Assembly (NCBI GenBank): GCA_000091205.1
Contig: AP006493.2
Strand: one strand, 5' to 3'
Source of the DNA: Cyanidioschyzon merolae
Taxonomy: Eukaryota
Length of the DNA stretch: 64,000 nt
Part shown: one piece after another, positions 34,576-45,618 of the stretch
Numbering within the stretch: position 1 is the first letter of the stretch
Layout: every line of letters starts with the position of its first letter
Position numbers and translations under genes: made by a program
The notes under the pieces: model-generated
Databases searched by the model: none
Told to the model about the DNA's origin: nothing
The model's input: only the letters and a program-made list of their open reading frames with translations

Positions 34576-35370
34576 GACTTGGTTTCAATAGTATAATACA
34601 AGGCGTCGATTAACGCGGTTCCTGTTACAGCAGTAGGCCATCATAGCGGGTAGACGCCCAAATACGCCTAGATTTCGTCATGGGCTCCAATTCCCAGCAC
34701 TTGCCCGTTTGAAAAGCGACGCGATCATTGTATAACTCGGACGCTGACGACCGAATGAAACGATCTCGTTCGGAAAGCGGCCTGACACAGCATCCAAATA
34801 AGCTCATCTGCCGAATTTCACCAGCGCCATCTGATCCGGTCTGTTTACACTTGCGTATAGATGCCCGGTGCGGCCTGGCGCCGAACTTGACTGCGGCTCT
34901 TCGTCGAACTTGCGACTTCCAGCGGCAGAATTTGGATAGAAGCATCAATGCTATCGAGGTTCGTTTTTTCAGCGTATTAGGATCTGTTAATATACATGCA
35001 ATAATCAGCAATCTAAAAACTGTAGTGACCCCGTACGCGCAGCTTGGATTATGTTATTTCTCTCTCTTTCGATGACATGGATGAAAGGCGGCGAATGCAT
35101 GTCTCCATGTGCTTGTAATGTGAAACGGTTCATACCTGGATAACCGCCGGCATATGATCATGAAATTCTCAAGACTTTACGGCGCGTTGAAGTCAAATTC
35201 TCATGCCGGAAGTCTGTCGAATCGACGCCTTCTACAATTTAACCATTTATGAAGCAAGTACCCATCGTTAAATTCCGATTCGTGACCGGATTCCGCAATA
35301 TTCCATGGAAACCGATGGTCGCCGCAGATGAACTCGGAGAGGGAGCATGGTGGCCTTCCAGGACGCTCTA

Positions 35371-36774
35371 TCACTGACGGTCGAGGAGCCTCCGAACTTT
35401 CTGTATGCGTTGCTCCGCGTTCAGTCCGCTGCTACTTCGTTTTTCGATTGGAACGTGCACATCGGCGTCCACCATGTGAGTAAACATCAGTGGTGCCAAG
35501 CCCGCGCACGGCTCGTTTGCAGCTTCGGAGCCCTCATCCTTGCAAAATGGAGATCCGTGCGTGGTCCGACGCAACAGTGCTCCATTGAAGATAACTTTTG
35601 TAAGATCTGCATACCATTGGAGAAGAATTGGACGCAAAATGCCTACAACGGTTGAATTTCTTGAGCATTTTCCCCATGGAGAGTCTCTCTCTAAAGCGTA
35701 ACGCCATGGAGGTTCATTCTCTCCGTAATGAATATTCCAGAGCACCAGCGGGTGCTCTGGAGCTTGGACATACTGGGGTCGTGGATCTATTCTTGGTGAA
35801 CCGTCAAGCCCAAGAAGGCTGTCCACTAGAGAAATGTTCTCTGTGCCCCGACCGATTTCCAAGAGAAGAGCAATCATGAACCTAACTTGATGGTAAAGAA
35901 ATGCCTGGCCTTCGATGGTGAACTCTAAAATGCCACGAGGGAAAAGCGCGCGATAGAACTCATCTTTTGCGAGTTCGACTGTGCATTGCAGAATAACCCG
36001 TTCTGTGTTGCCTTTCGTTGTCTCCGCATCGAACTTGCAGAAATTGGCAAAATCATGTCTTCCGACCATCTTTTTGGCTGCAGCAACCATGCTACAGATG
36101 CCTTCATCGCTAAACACATTCGGCACGAAATATTTGTATGTTCGTGAATAGGCACTGAAACGAGCCGAGAAATCATCCGCCACGGGGGCCCAGGCGTACA
36201 CTCGCACTGATGCAGGCAACTCCCGATTCAGTAAATGTATATAGTCATAAAAGTTAGTCCCCGTGCCAGGTGGAGGGCACCTTACCAAAAGCGATACGAC
36301 TTGGCCAATTGCACTGACACCCTTATCGGTGCGCCCACCACGAGCGTACTGCCAACCTTTTACAGCCCAGGTCTCACCGAACTTCTCTCGGCTGAGAGGC
36401 CTGTTCGGGGACACCCCTGTGGCGCACGTGCCGTCACTGCCAACGAACCAGTGCAAATTGGGTACCAGATTTACCTTCTCTAGCGCATAAAATAGAGCAC
36501 TCTCTACAGATTTGAATGCGATTCCACTAAGCTTCCCCGCCGAAGACGTGCTGAAGTCAGCCGGCTGAGCAGCAAAACCAGAAGGAAACGACCAACCTTG
36601 GTATGCAAGCTTCAACGCTATTTTTCGAACGCCGTACTCTTTGAAGTTGATTTCGCGAGCAGAATTCTTATTACGGGAGCTGCTCCGCTTCAGTCCTAGC
36701 AGTTGCTCCAAACGTGCAGCGTAAGCCTCCAGTTCTGCTCGGCTTAGTTTCGAAAGGTTCTGTACAGCGCTCAT
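35371..36774 (-). CDS. PUS3: tRNA pseudouridine synthase, TruA family (Pus3/Deg1-like).
   Basis: N-terminal coiled-coil, then RKIALKLAYQGWSFPSGFAAQ. The catalytic Asp lies in YARGGRTDKGVSAIGQVVSL, followed by RVYAWAPV. ATG at 36774; 467-aa uninterrupted ORF. Confidence 0.75.
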   Translation of the reverse strand: MSAVQNLSKLSRAELEAYAARLEQLLGLKRSSSRNKNSAREINFKEYGVRKIALKLAYQGWSFPSGFAAQPADFSTSSAGKLSGIAFKSVESALFYALEKVNLVPNLHWFVGSDGTCATGVSPNRPLSREKFGETWAVKGWQYARGGRTDKGVSAIGQVVSLLVRCPPPGTGTNFYDYIHLLNRELPASVRVYAWAPVADDFSARFSAYSRTYKYFVPNVFSDEGICSMVAAAKKMVGRHDFANFCKFDAETTKGNTERVILQCTVELAKDEFYRALFPRGILEFTIEGQAFLYHQVRFMIALLLEIGRGTENISLVDSLLGLDGSPRIDPRPQYVQAPEHPLVLWNIHYGENEPPWRYALERDSPWGKCSRNSTVVGILRPILLQWYADLTKVIFNGALLRRTTHGSPFCKDEGSEAANEPCAGLAPLMFTHMVDADVHVPIEKRSSSGLNAEQRIQKVRRLLDRQ

Positions 36775-36849
36775 CTCGAAGAAGTATACTTGGCTTCAAG
36801 AAAAGAGGATCTTTTGCCGTGATGCCGAAAAATAAGTGTCCCGCAACTT

Positions 36850-38355
36850 CTATAACCAAGTTGTGGAACAAACTGGTCCAAACACGAAATGGTTTCCCTC
36901 CATCCAACGAAAATAAGAAAACAAAGTTGGCTCAGCGAATCGAAAGCCCCTTTCGCAAACACGGAGTAGATTTATATTCACGCGCAGACGCCTCGCAGCC
37001 TTTATCGACCAGCCACGTGCTGTCGGCCTCAGAGTCTCCTTCTGGACTTCCACCCGGAGAGGCTGCCCCATAAAGTTCGCTCGCGTCAGCGCAGCGGGTC
37101 TCGCCTTCTGCACCGCACATCTGCTGATATTGATGGCAGCATTAAAGTCTTGGTACGCGAACTCCATGCATTTATTACTTCTGGATGAACTCACCAATGC
37201 AAGCAGCTCTCGAACTAGTGCCCTCAGTGCCACTTGCTGCTGTGTCAGTTCTTCATGTTTTTCAATCGCGGATGCGCCCCGCTCGCTCTTCTCCACCTCG
37301 ACTATCTGCATTGTGCATCCCGGCACATCCCTAAGATGTTTTATTTTTGAACATGTACGCATTTCTTCTTGCCTTTAGATGACAACTTTCCCGGAGGCAG
37401 AAGAGCTCGTGGAAGAAAGAGATAATGTGCCCACTGGGACACCATGTGCTTAACGCTTCAGCGATTCGCCCGGTGGAACGATCATTACATTTCAGGATAC
37501 AAAACACTCTTTCGGTTAAGTTGAACCATGGAGCGTACGGAGTAATGAAAGGCGGCTCTACGGCGAGAGACCTGGCAAAGGCTCGAACGGAAGGGCAATT
37601 CTCAAATGCACGGTGTCCAATAGGAGGAGGTCTCCAGATTTCAGGGGAAAAGTCTTCAATGATCCGACGAAGTGGTCGAAGCTGCTGTTTGAGCCTTCTT
37701 TAGACGCCAGAACCGAGGCCACCAATAGTATCTACTGCAGCTAGAACATATGGTGATGTTCTCTTTCGCCTCGAGATCGATTGTATATACAACGGGCTCC
37801 ATGCTCCGCGAATACTCACACATGCTCCGATCGTTTCATTCGAATGACATCTCATCGACTGAAAGAATAAACCGACGTACCTGTGCTTCATACGGCTAGT
37901 GGCGTTCCGGAAAAGCTATTGCTGCGATTTCGGTGGAGGATGGCCGTGCGTGATCTAGGGCGCTGTTTTTGCGACTACATCGCAATGTCTGCAGGACCAC
38001 GCGAGCTCCCCGCTCAGACACAGAGACGCTTGCGGTGGCTACTATTACGCCTTTTTTCTTCCCGTATGAGGGTCAACGGATCGTATTCCATCATTGACTG
38101 GAAGCAGTCTTGGAGAATAACGGTTTTGTCGCGGAACGCATGTACTTGTTTCTTTCTTTCATTGTTCCTCAACGATCTGAGTACTGTTGTATGACTGAAC
38201 TGAGGGGCGAACGCAGTCCTCCTTGCATTGTTAAGCAAAAAATATTCTCTACAAGCAATTTGTGTACAATCTATATGGTACGCTGCGTAGAGATTTGCAT
38301 GTCCTGCTCTACAGTGCGAAGAAGCATTCTATTTTACGCAGCGGGAGTAAAGCAA
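36850..38355 (-). pseudogene. Partial TnpB/Fanzor-like element (copy delta). The C-terminal fragment, including the RuvC-III-like motif, is contiguous with direct-repeat copy 2. Reading is broken across frames.
   Basis: Minus-strand ORF 36850-37362 reads ...KIKHLRDVPGCTMQIVEVEKSERGASAIEKHEELTQQQ...NKCMEFAYQDFNAAINISRCAVQKARPAALTRANFMGQPLRVEV. It aligns with the copies at 42.6 kb, 54.5 kb and 57 kb. Homology to copy gamma continues upstream into 37415-37500 in another frame (ILKCNDRSTGRIAEAL versus IMKCNDRSIGRIARPF at 54400). Confidence 0.55.
37415..38355. repeat. Copy 2 of the 941 bp perfect direct repeat.
   Basis: See 33635-34575. The shared sequence begins gaaagagataatgtgcccactggg. Confidence 0.85.
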
Positions 38356-39093
38356 AATCGAGTTGAACGACTATCTGACGCCTACGCAAAGCGATTCCGC
38401 GTACCGTGTATCTGCAAAGTAGCACTTCTTAATGGTAGAGCCGCAATTGAGAACGTTCGGAGTGTTTTCCTGGTTCTGCTGGATGGATTTTTGGTAAACT
38501 ATATTTAATCTTCTAGTGGGAGGATGATTGCGCGGGCAAAACCATATTTTCCAGGATGAGTCGTACTGAAAGAAGCACAGTATTCACTATGCCGGGCGAG
38601 GTAGGTGCTAGTTTGGGTTTGACCTCACGCGATGCGCACAACGGCTGCGGAATACGCACAACTCGATACTGATCGTCGAGTCGGCAAGACTGCAACATGC
38701 TCATGGCTCAGGTCATCCGAAGAGAAACCTCACCATAAATACCGTGTTCATACTTCACATCGTACATAAGAAAAATTACTTTTCAGGCCCTCTACAATAA
38801 ATAAAATTGGATTCCACTTATCGCGTTTATTGAGAGATTTACCGGACGCTTCCGTCGCAAAAAAAAGAAGAGACATAAGAAACTTGACCCACTGTGTAGA
38901 AGGAGAGCAAACACCGCAAAGCCCTGCGAAAACCTCATGCGGTGATGTCGCGCCCTGCTGCGATCGTAACGAAGGCCATTCGTCGCCACGCGCAACGCAG
39001 GGCAAGAGACGGCTTGCGTACGGTGCAGAACACCGAACTGGCTGTGAAGAGGATCTCTTCTTTGTCAGTACTAAAAGGCGTCGCTTTCTGGGA

Positions 39094-40485
39094 ATGGAGC
39101 AGCTTGCCAAGGATCTTTTTGAGATAGGTGCGGTCAAGTTTGGCACGTTCAAACTCAAGTCTGGGATAGCGTCTCCATTCTATGTCGATCTGCGCGTTGC
39201 TGTCTCGTATCCTCGAGTTCTGAGAAGCATTGCGGCTCTGTACCTAGAGTGCTTGCAGGACTTTTCTGGCGCTTTCGACGTTATTTGCGGGGTTCCATAC
39301 ACTGCGCTCCCTTTTGCGACAGCAATGGCTGTGCAGGGAGACTTACCTATGGTTATGTGTCGAAAGGAGGTCAAAGACCATGGAACACGGCGAGTTGTTG
39401 AAGGTGCTTTCACACAAGGCTCTCGTTGCTTAATAATCGAGGACGTTGTTACAAGTGGTTCAAGTATTCTGGAAGTTGTGGGCGCATTGCGCGCAGAGGG
39501 TCTCAAAGTGGATCACGCGATCGTCTTGCTTGATAGGGAGCAAGGCGGGTGTGAGGCGCTTCTCGGCCAGGGAATAGGGCTCCGATCTGTTTTCCGCATC
39601 AGCGACCTCGTTGGGACGCTGCGGAATTTGAACTTGCTTGAGCCGGGGAAGGTGGATATGATTCTAGATTTTATTCGCACGGCCCGCGCAGCATCAGATG
39701 TTAAGCGCCCCGAAACAAACGTTCCATCCGCATTGCCAGTCGCCGCATCAAGTTCTTCCCCGGTGCGAGATCAACTTTACTCAATCGCAGAAAAAAAGAG
39801 AAGCATATTATGCGTTGCGGCAGACGTACAATCGACTAAGGAGCTTCTTGGAATTGCAGATGCAGTAGGCCCCCACATCTGTGTTCTGAAGTTGCACGCC
39901 GATATTATCCAGGACTGGACGACGGACACATCAAGACGCCTTCGAGAGCTCGCGGACAAACACAGTTTCATGCTTTTTGAGGATCGAAAATTCGCTGACA
40001 TAGGAAACACGGTTGTTGCACAGTTCAGCGCAGGCGTACATCGGATCTCTTCCTGGGCGGACATTGTCAATGCACACGCCATCCCGGGCCCTGGACTGAT
40101 TGAGGGCCTGCGCCACGCTTGCGCAATTTCCGGCAGAATGATTGGCCTCCTGTTAGTCGCACAAATGTCCAGCAAAGGGAACTTGATTGACGAGAGATAC
40201 ACTGCTACATGCCTGCGGATGGCCCGCGAAGCGTTTCCGTTCTGTATCGGCTTCATTGCCCAGGAGCGTCTGGACCCGACAGGGAAGCTCTTTGTGATGG
40301 CGCCTGGTGTGCAACTGGATTCAAAGGGCGATCAATTAGGCCAACAGTACAATTCACCACAGTATCTGCTGAAGCGCAAGGGTGTCGACTTCCTTATCGT
40401 TGGCCGCGGTATCTACGGGAGTGAAGAGCCAGCAAAGGCGGCCCAGATGTACAAAGAGTTGTCGTGGAGCGTCCTTCACGGCTAA
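39094..40485 (+). CDS. UMPS: Bifunctional uridine 5'-monophosphate synthase (orotate phosphoribosyltransferase + orotidine-5'-phosphate decarboxylase).
   Basis: The OPRTase N-terminus MEQLAKDLFEIGAVKFGTFKLKSGIASPFYVDLR begins at the ATG at 39094; the track start at 38830 is a TTG. The PRPP motif is CLIIEDVVTSGSS. The ODCase half reads ILCVAADV...CVLKLHADI...FMLFEDRKFADIGNTV...LLLVAQMSSKGNL and ends in a C-terminal barrel. Confidence 0.8.
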   Translation: MEQLAKDLFEIGAVKFGTFKLKSGIASPFYVDLRVAVSYPRVLRSIAALYLECLQDFSGAFDVICGVPYTALPFATAMAVQGDLPMVMCRKEVKDHGTRRVVEGAFTQGSRCLIIEDVVTSGSSILEVVGALRAEGLKVDHAIVLLDREQGGCEALLGQGIGLRSVFRISDLVGTLRNLNLLEPGKVDMILDFIRTARAASDVKRPETNVPSALPVAASSSSPVRDQLYSIAEKKRSILCVAADVQSTKELLGIADAVGPHICVLKLHADIIQDWTTDTSRRLRELADKHSFMLFEDRKFADIGNTVVAQFSAGVHRISSWADIVNAHAIPGPGLIEGLRHACAISGRMIGLLLVAQMSSKGNLIDERYTATCLRMAREAFPFCIGFIAQERLDPTGKLFVMAPGVQLDSKGDQLGQQYNSPQYLLKRKGVDFLIVGRGIYGSEEPAKAAQMYKELSWSVLHG

Positions 40486-40940
40486 TTCCTAATGGGCAGA
40501 AGCAAGCGTCGGCTCCCACAAAGTTCAGTAGAACGGCGGGGGTCAGTTGCCACGAACGCTTTACGTGCGGCATCAAGATGATATTTCATTGCGAATGGAG
40601 TTCGTCGACGTCAGTTGCATCCGCAGAATGCTTCTTTGTTTCGGATATGTCCGCGGCCTGTGCCCGCAACGAATGTTCCTAGAAGTACATTTCACGGCGC
40701 CTTGAACATGTAGTTAAGATAAGCGCTCGAAATCGTCCCTGATTCGGCAGTGACTGTCCCTAGAGCTGGATCCTATGGTTTCTTGACCCTGTGGCTACAA
40801 TATGCGCTCGACACCGTCGAAGATCAGGGAATCGCTCTAGTGTCGGCCTGATTTCCACCAAGTGCACTCTGCACTTTTTGAAATTTTTGGAGGACCCATT
40901 AAAAAAATAAATGCAAGGATTCCTAAGAATAGAGATACAG

Positions 40941-42443
40941 TCAGCTGCTAGGGATTGTGGCGCGACTTTCGCTGACGCGCACTCGTATGATCGAATCGGG
41001 GTACAGCCTTATTGTGTCCCCAGTGTGTAGCGCAGAATTCGGACCGGTCTTTGTGGCCTTCCCCTGCAGTTCTTCCATTACTAAATCCTTGCCATGCCAT
41101 GATTCCACCGTCCCAAACGCTGTCGGATCCGCAGCATACACGTCCACAGGCGTTCGTTGGTAATTTCTGTACACAATCGAGGAGTTCCATATTTCCGCCG
41201 ACCAGCCTCGAACTCGAATCTGGTGCAATTCCGATTCTGTAACGATCGCAAGTCCCGGAAGCATAGCGCGGACTTTTCCGATAAGACGCTCAAAGCACGA
41301 CAGATGTTTTTCGTATTCCTCCAGAGAATACGTAGATCTCATCGCGTTCTGCGCATGCCACATAATGTTGGCAAACTTTGTCGAATTCAGAGTCTTGATA
41401 ATTTCGTTCACAGACTTTTCGCAGTCAAACCCTGGGTAAAATGCATCAAACCGAGGCCGATTCGTGATTACAAGGCCACCATCCATGCGATATACCTTCT
41501 GAACATCTCCGAGGCTGGTGCCGATGAAACCTGCGTACCGCGCGGCATCGGCCAGCCACGGTGTCCACGTATTGTGTGGTGACGAAAGCACCCGAGGCCG
41601 ATACCCCCAAAATGCCCGAAACGAATGCAAACCGCCCTGAATCCACTCGAGAAGATGCTGATGCTCATCGAACCAATCAAATTCAGACCGAAGAGCTATC
41701 TCACTAGAACCGCATACAAGAGAGTGGTTGAAACAAGCCTCCGCTTTGGATCCTGCAATATTTAACTCTCTTAGCCAACGGGACACAGAAAAGTGCGAAC
41801 GACCGTGGTACTCAGGATGCCACAATTCGTTCATATATAGCTTCCTGTAGAGGTCCCGTAGATCGCCTCTGCTGTATGGCGGCCTCGACAGGCCGCCCGC
41901 TGAATCATGCAGCAGGAGCTCGATGTAGCCGCAACGGTCCTGGCGTCCGCTATCCCTGCCGTGGCACGCTACCGCCAGCGGCCGCGAAAGCTTCCTCATC
42001 GCCTCAAAGTCGGGCCCGCCAACGATCCAGTGAGGCGTCAGCACGACTCTCTTTTCGTATGTAACGTCGGCATTTAACCGTTCAAGCAGACTCCCTAGAT
42101 TCTCGAGATCTTCACGGGTCTCGGAAGTCGCCAGTCGGTACCAAAAACCAGCGGGCGCAGTTTGAAGCTCCTCGTGACTAGAAGCGAACGCAATGTCCGG
42201 AAAGATTGGCACAGCGTCCGCCCAGCGTCCCCAGTCATCAGAGGATATTGACAGAAAACAACGCTCTGGCTTGTTCAGAAGCGGCGCTCGCCCGGGACGT
42301 GGCAGATCGAGGGGGTATGGAGGCTTCCCCCGGAAGCGCCAATCCACTCCAAACCGAAAAACTACTTTCAGCAGAGCAAAGACGGCGAGAGCAGCAACAA
42401 GGCGCAGAAAATAAAGATGCACCACCCTGGTGAAAGCAGACAT
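40941..42443 (-). CDS. Type II membrane (signal-anchor) protein with a probable polysaccharide deacetylase (CE4/NodB-like) fold.
   Basis: The N-terminal hydrophobic anchor is LYFLRLVAALAVFALLKVVF. CE4-like motif analogues are SISSDDWG (TFDDG-like), LSRPPY (RxPY-like) and EFDWFDEH (DxxDW-like). ATG at 42443. This is recognition by motif only. Confidence 0.4.
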   Translation of the reverse strand: MSAFTRVVHLYFLRLVAALAVFALLKVVFRFGVDWRFRGKPPYPLDLPRPGRAPLLNKPERCFLSISSDDWGRWADAVPIFPDIAFASSHEELQTAPAGFWYRLATSETREDLENLGSLLERLNADVTYEKRVVLTPHWIVGGPDFEAMRKLSRPLAVACHGRDSGRQDRCGYIELLLHDSAGGLSRPPYSRGDLRDLYRKLYMNELWHPEYHGRSHFSVSRWLRELNIAGSKAEACFNHSLVCGSSEIALRSEFDWFDEHQHLLEWIQGGLHSFRAFWGYRPRVLSSPHNTWTPWLADAARYAGFIGTSLGDVQKVYRMDGGLVITNRPRFDAFYPGFDCEKSVNEIIKTLNSTKFANIMWHAQNAMRSTYSLEEYEKHLSCFERLIGKVRAMLPGLAIVTESELHQIRVRGWSAEIWNSSIVYRNYQRTPVDVYAADPTAFGTVESWHGKDLVMEELQGKATKTGPNSALHTGDTIRLYPDSIIRVRVSESRATIPSS

Positions 42444-42610
42444 AGGTGCCCAACTCTAGAGAGCGTGCTCTCACCCAGGATTCGGGGTTCCAAATGTTTT
42501 CGATTAAAGAACTGAGCGCGTATACGACTGAAATTTAAGAACCGGCCACTCCTGGAAACAAACGCCTTTCGAAAGTCGAACGACGCCAACCGTGTTCAGT
42601 TGTGGCGATC

Positions 42611-44960
42611 TACCTGCCCCAGACAAGATGTTTCCAATTGACGTGCAGACGCCTCCCCGTCTTTTTGGATCGGCCACGCACTACTACTTCCAACTGTTTC
42701 TCATATAGTTCCACTTTGACAGGTTGTCCCATAAAATTCTCTCTTGTCGACTCTGGAGGCCTTCTTTCCATCACCGCACATTTCCTTATATTGATAGCGG
42801 CGTTAAAGTCTCGTTCACAAACTAAATACGTTTCTTGCCATCATTGGCTGTACTTACTAGTGCAAGTGGCCCACGAACTTTCTCCATCCTTTCCATTTGC
42901 TCTTCCGTCAGTGCACCGTTCTTTGCTATTTCCTCAGGGCTCCGCTGACACTTTCCCATCTCAACCCTCTGAAGTGTACAACCCAGCTCGTGGCGTATAT
43001 ACGTTGTTTGAAATTCATCTACAGGTACTGTAACAAAACGCCGTGCACGCTCCTTGTTCACTCTCGTCTTTGGAGCTGGAGTAGTCCCTTTATGGGTCTT
43101 CCAGCGCCCTGCTCCGTATGCTAATACGAGCCTCTGACTTTCATCCTCTTTGAGAGCACTCAACTCATCGAAAAAATTCGCGAACGCCCGCTGCTTCCCA
43201 TTGTATAGATTCATTCGCAAACGAGCCCACCGGCGCTCGGTATACTCCTCCCACAGCGCATCCCAATGCGCAATGCGAACTTCCATGAATTTCCGAAAAG
43301 CGTCAAAGTCCGCTCCTCGGCTCGTCACCTCGCTCAAAGCTTCTAGGTGATCCTTCATTCCTGAATTCCAGCTCTCGATTTTCTTCCTCGCATTCATTAT
43401 ACCCGATTCTCGATAGTATCTCGCTATCGAGAACCTCAGTAGACGCATGTCTTCCCGACGTAAACTACCGTCAGTACCATCTTCCGCACACTTCGGTGCT
43501 GCGATGGTGATGATATTTGTGTTCCCAGCGTCCGCGCCAACGACAAAGTAGTTATGCTGCACTTTCTGTGTCGCTGGATCCGCCTCCTTCTTTTCTTCAT
43601 CCTTCACCGCGTCAAAGACAAGGTCGTTATCCTGCACCTTTTGCATCGCAGGATCCGCTTTTTTTTTTTCTTTTCTTCATGTTTCTTCACGGGCGCAGCC
43701 GAGGGCGGAACTGGACGATCTTTCTTCAACCGCTGATAGTGTACATTCAAGGCTACTCCATCGGTTTCGATCAACCCAGTGAATACCTTTTGTTTGCTGA
43801 CTTTGAGACGTTTGAAAGCGAAGATATTCTTCCAGTACGTCTCACGGGCTTCACCGGAGAACTCCTCCCTGCTAACATTGAACTCTGGACTGATCTCCCT
43901 AATGATGCCATGAAGGATTCTGGAGTCGATACTCACGAAATGTGACTTGAGGTTGCACAACAGAACGCCATTGAAGCGCTACCCCATTAGGACAGCCTCC
44001 CGTCTCTCCCACTCTTCATTTGTCTCTACACTCAGCTTCATTTCCGCCTTGCGTTCGAGCTCTCGGTCCAGAAACACGACATAGCGCAGAATGAGGCGAT
44101 AGTATCTTTCCTTATCTTTTTTCAACTCTGATATCTTTTCTGTTGGATTCGCCAGCCCCAAGACTGTACGGTGCTCTTGTCTAGCCGCACGGATTATAGA
44201 AGCTTCATTCGTGCTCCTGTGTCACTTTTTCTTGTCGACAAATTCGATCTCATCTTCATACTTTCGATCGTTCTTGATGCCACTGATAATCGCCCATTTT
44301 CCTTTGCGAGAGATGCCCGAGTAGAGTGCTAGCACGGCGTGTATCATGAAAAGTTCGAGGTTCACGATCGGTTGGTTCTTCAGATTCGTGAGGTACTTAA
44401 TCGCCCCATAGTCGTAAACATCCGAGTCACCCCTGTATCGGGTACCCTCGAAGCTATAAAAGGCATGTTTTCGTGCAGGGCGTGCACCAGCTCATTTTCC
44501 CTTCGCGCTTCCTCTGTGCCAAGCATCAGGTGACGAATAAAGGTCTTATCGAAAAACTCGTCCGGAATCTCGACCGTTTCCATGTGCGTCACTTCGCGAT
44601 ACACCTCACTCGCCAAATGCATCAGTCCTGACGACGCCTTGACAATACTCTTGGAGTATGACGCAACACGTCTTTCGATAGCGTCTCGCAACTTGTCCCT
44701 GTAGGGATCCTTGATATGTCCAAGAAGAAAGGTTTTCACCACCATCTCGTCGCACAGTTGTCATTCTTGCCGCTTACGACGTAGGGCCTCTCCATTTCGG
44801 TTCTACTTCTCTTCCTTTTCTTCTGGACCTGGTACTGTTTTTTGTTTTCTTCTGGCAGCCAGCGACACTGAGCCTCTAGGATCGTGGACTTGCTCTTCCA
44901 TAACTTTTCTTTTTTTAATTTTTTGAAAAAGAACGCTCTTTTACAGCTTGCGTCACACAC
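42611..44960 (-). mobile_element. Most complete copy (alpha) of a eukaryotic TnpB-like (Fanzor-like, IS200/IS605 OrfB-superfamily) RNA-guided-nuclease element, about 2.3 kb. It is a pseudogene with one in-frame stop and at least two frameshifts.
   Basis: Minus-strand pieces: 44736-44960, 44380-44745, 43979-44161 (ends at an in-frame TAG at 43979-43981), 43604-43960 and 42822-43646. A RuvC-I-like motif reads [15 protein letters not shown], with an earlier echo [14 protein letters not shown] Fanzor-like block reads LVLAYGAGRWKTHKGTTPAPKTRVN...FVTVPVDEFQTTYIRHELGC. After a further frameshift, the RuvC-III motif ERDFNAAINIRKC lies at 42788-42814. The tail ends at the stop at about 42611. Confidence 0.55.
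43556..43692. repeat. Roughly 65-75 bp in-gene tandem duplication inside element copy alpha. It contains an 11-nt T homopolymer (43659-43669) that causes a 1-nt frameshift.
   Basis: Unit A reads ctgcactttctgtgtcgctggatccgcctccttcttttcttcatccttcac. Unit B reads ctgcaccttttgcatcgcaggatccgcttttttttttt cttttcttcatgtttcttcac. Adding one A to the minus-strand A11 run joins ORF 43604-43960 to ORF 42822-43646 in frame. Confidence 0.7.
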
Positions 44961-45618
44961 CGCGAAAATTCACTTGAATGAACTTGCTTGAGGGCTGAAA
45001 CACAATTGAAATGAAAAAGTATTCTTTGCTACAACTTCAATGCAAATGCAACTTGTGTGTTGGAACAACAAGAAAAAGACTGGTTAGGATCGAGTTTCCC
45101 TTCAACGACACCGTGCATGTCGCGTCTCGTGACTGCCTTCTCCCCCAGATGCGCGTATCGAGCGCACCGTATAGGAAGAAAGGCAGAGACTCACGGTTCA
45201 CTATCAACGTTGTAACAGTATCTTCCTCCTCTATGATAAACGTTAAAAGGAGGGCAAATGTTTCCTTATTTTGGAAAGTTTACCATATAGGCGAAAGTTC
45301 CCGCGAGCTGTACGAGTCTGCTGGTGAATGCGGTGTGCGCCGCGCAGTGTACAAAATTCCATGCGCTTCCATGCGCTCAGCTGTGCTAGTAAGTAGAAAA
45401 GTCGTCAGTTACAGAGCACGTGTGTATGCCACTTGCAGATCCTGAAAAGGACAACTTCTTCACATTTTACGTGGGAGATGCAGGTTTAGATCTACTCCAA
45501 GTTATAGATTCTTCAAACCACAGGGTGACGCACCCATTCAATCACAGTCGTGGCTGCGAAAATGCAGCTTAATTGGATGCGATTTCATTGTTGTTCTAGA
45601 GGACTGTAGGCGCGGTGC

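Noticed and set aside
33635-38355. Considered the 941 bp direct repeats as LTRs of a retrotransposon enclosing the Pus3 gene.
   Set aside because: There are no TG...CA termini and no gag/pol or RT-like ORF between them. The repeat sequence is internal coding sequence of the TnpB-like family, as shown by homology to copies gamma and beta.
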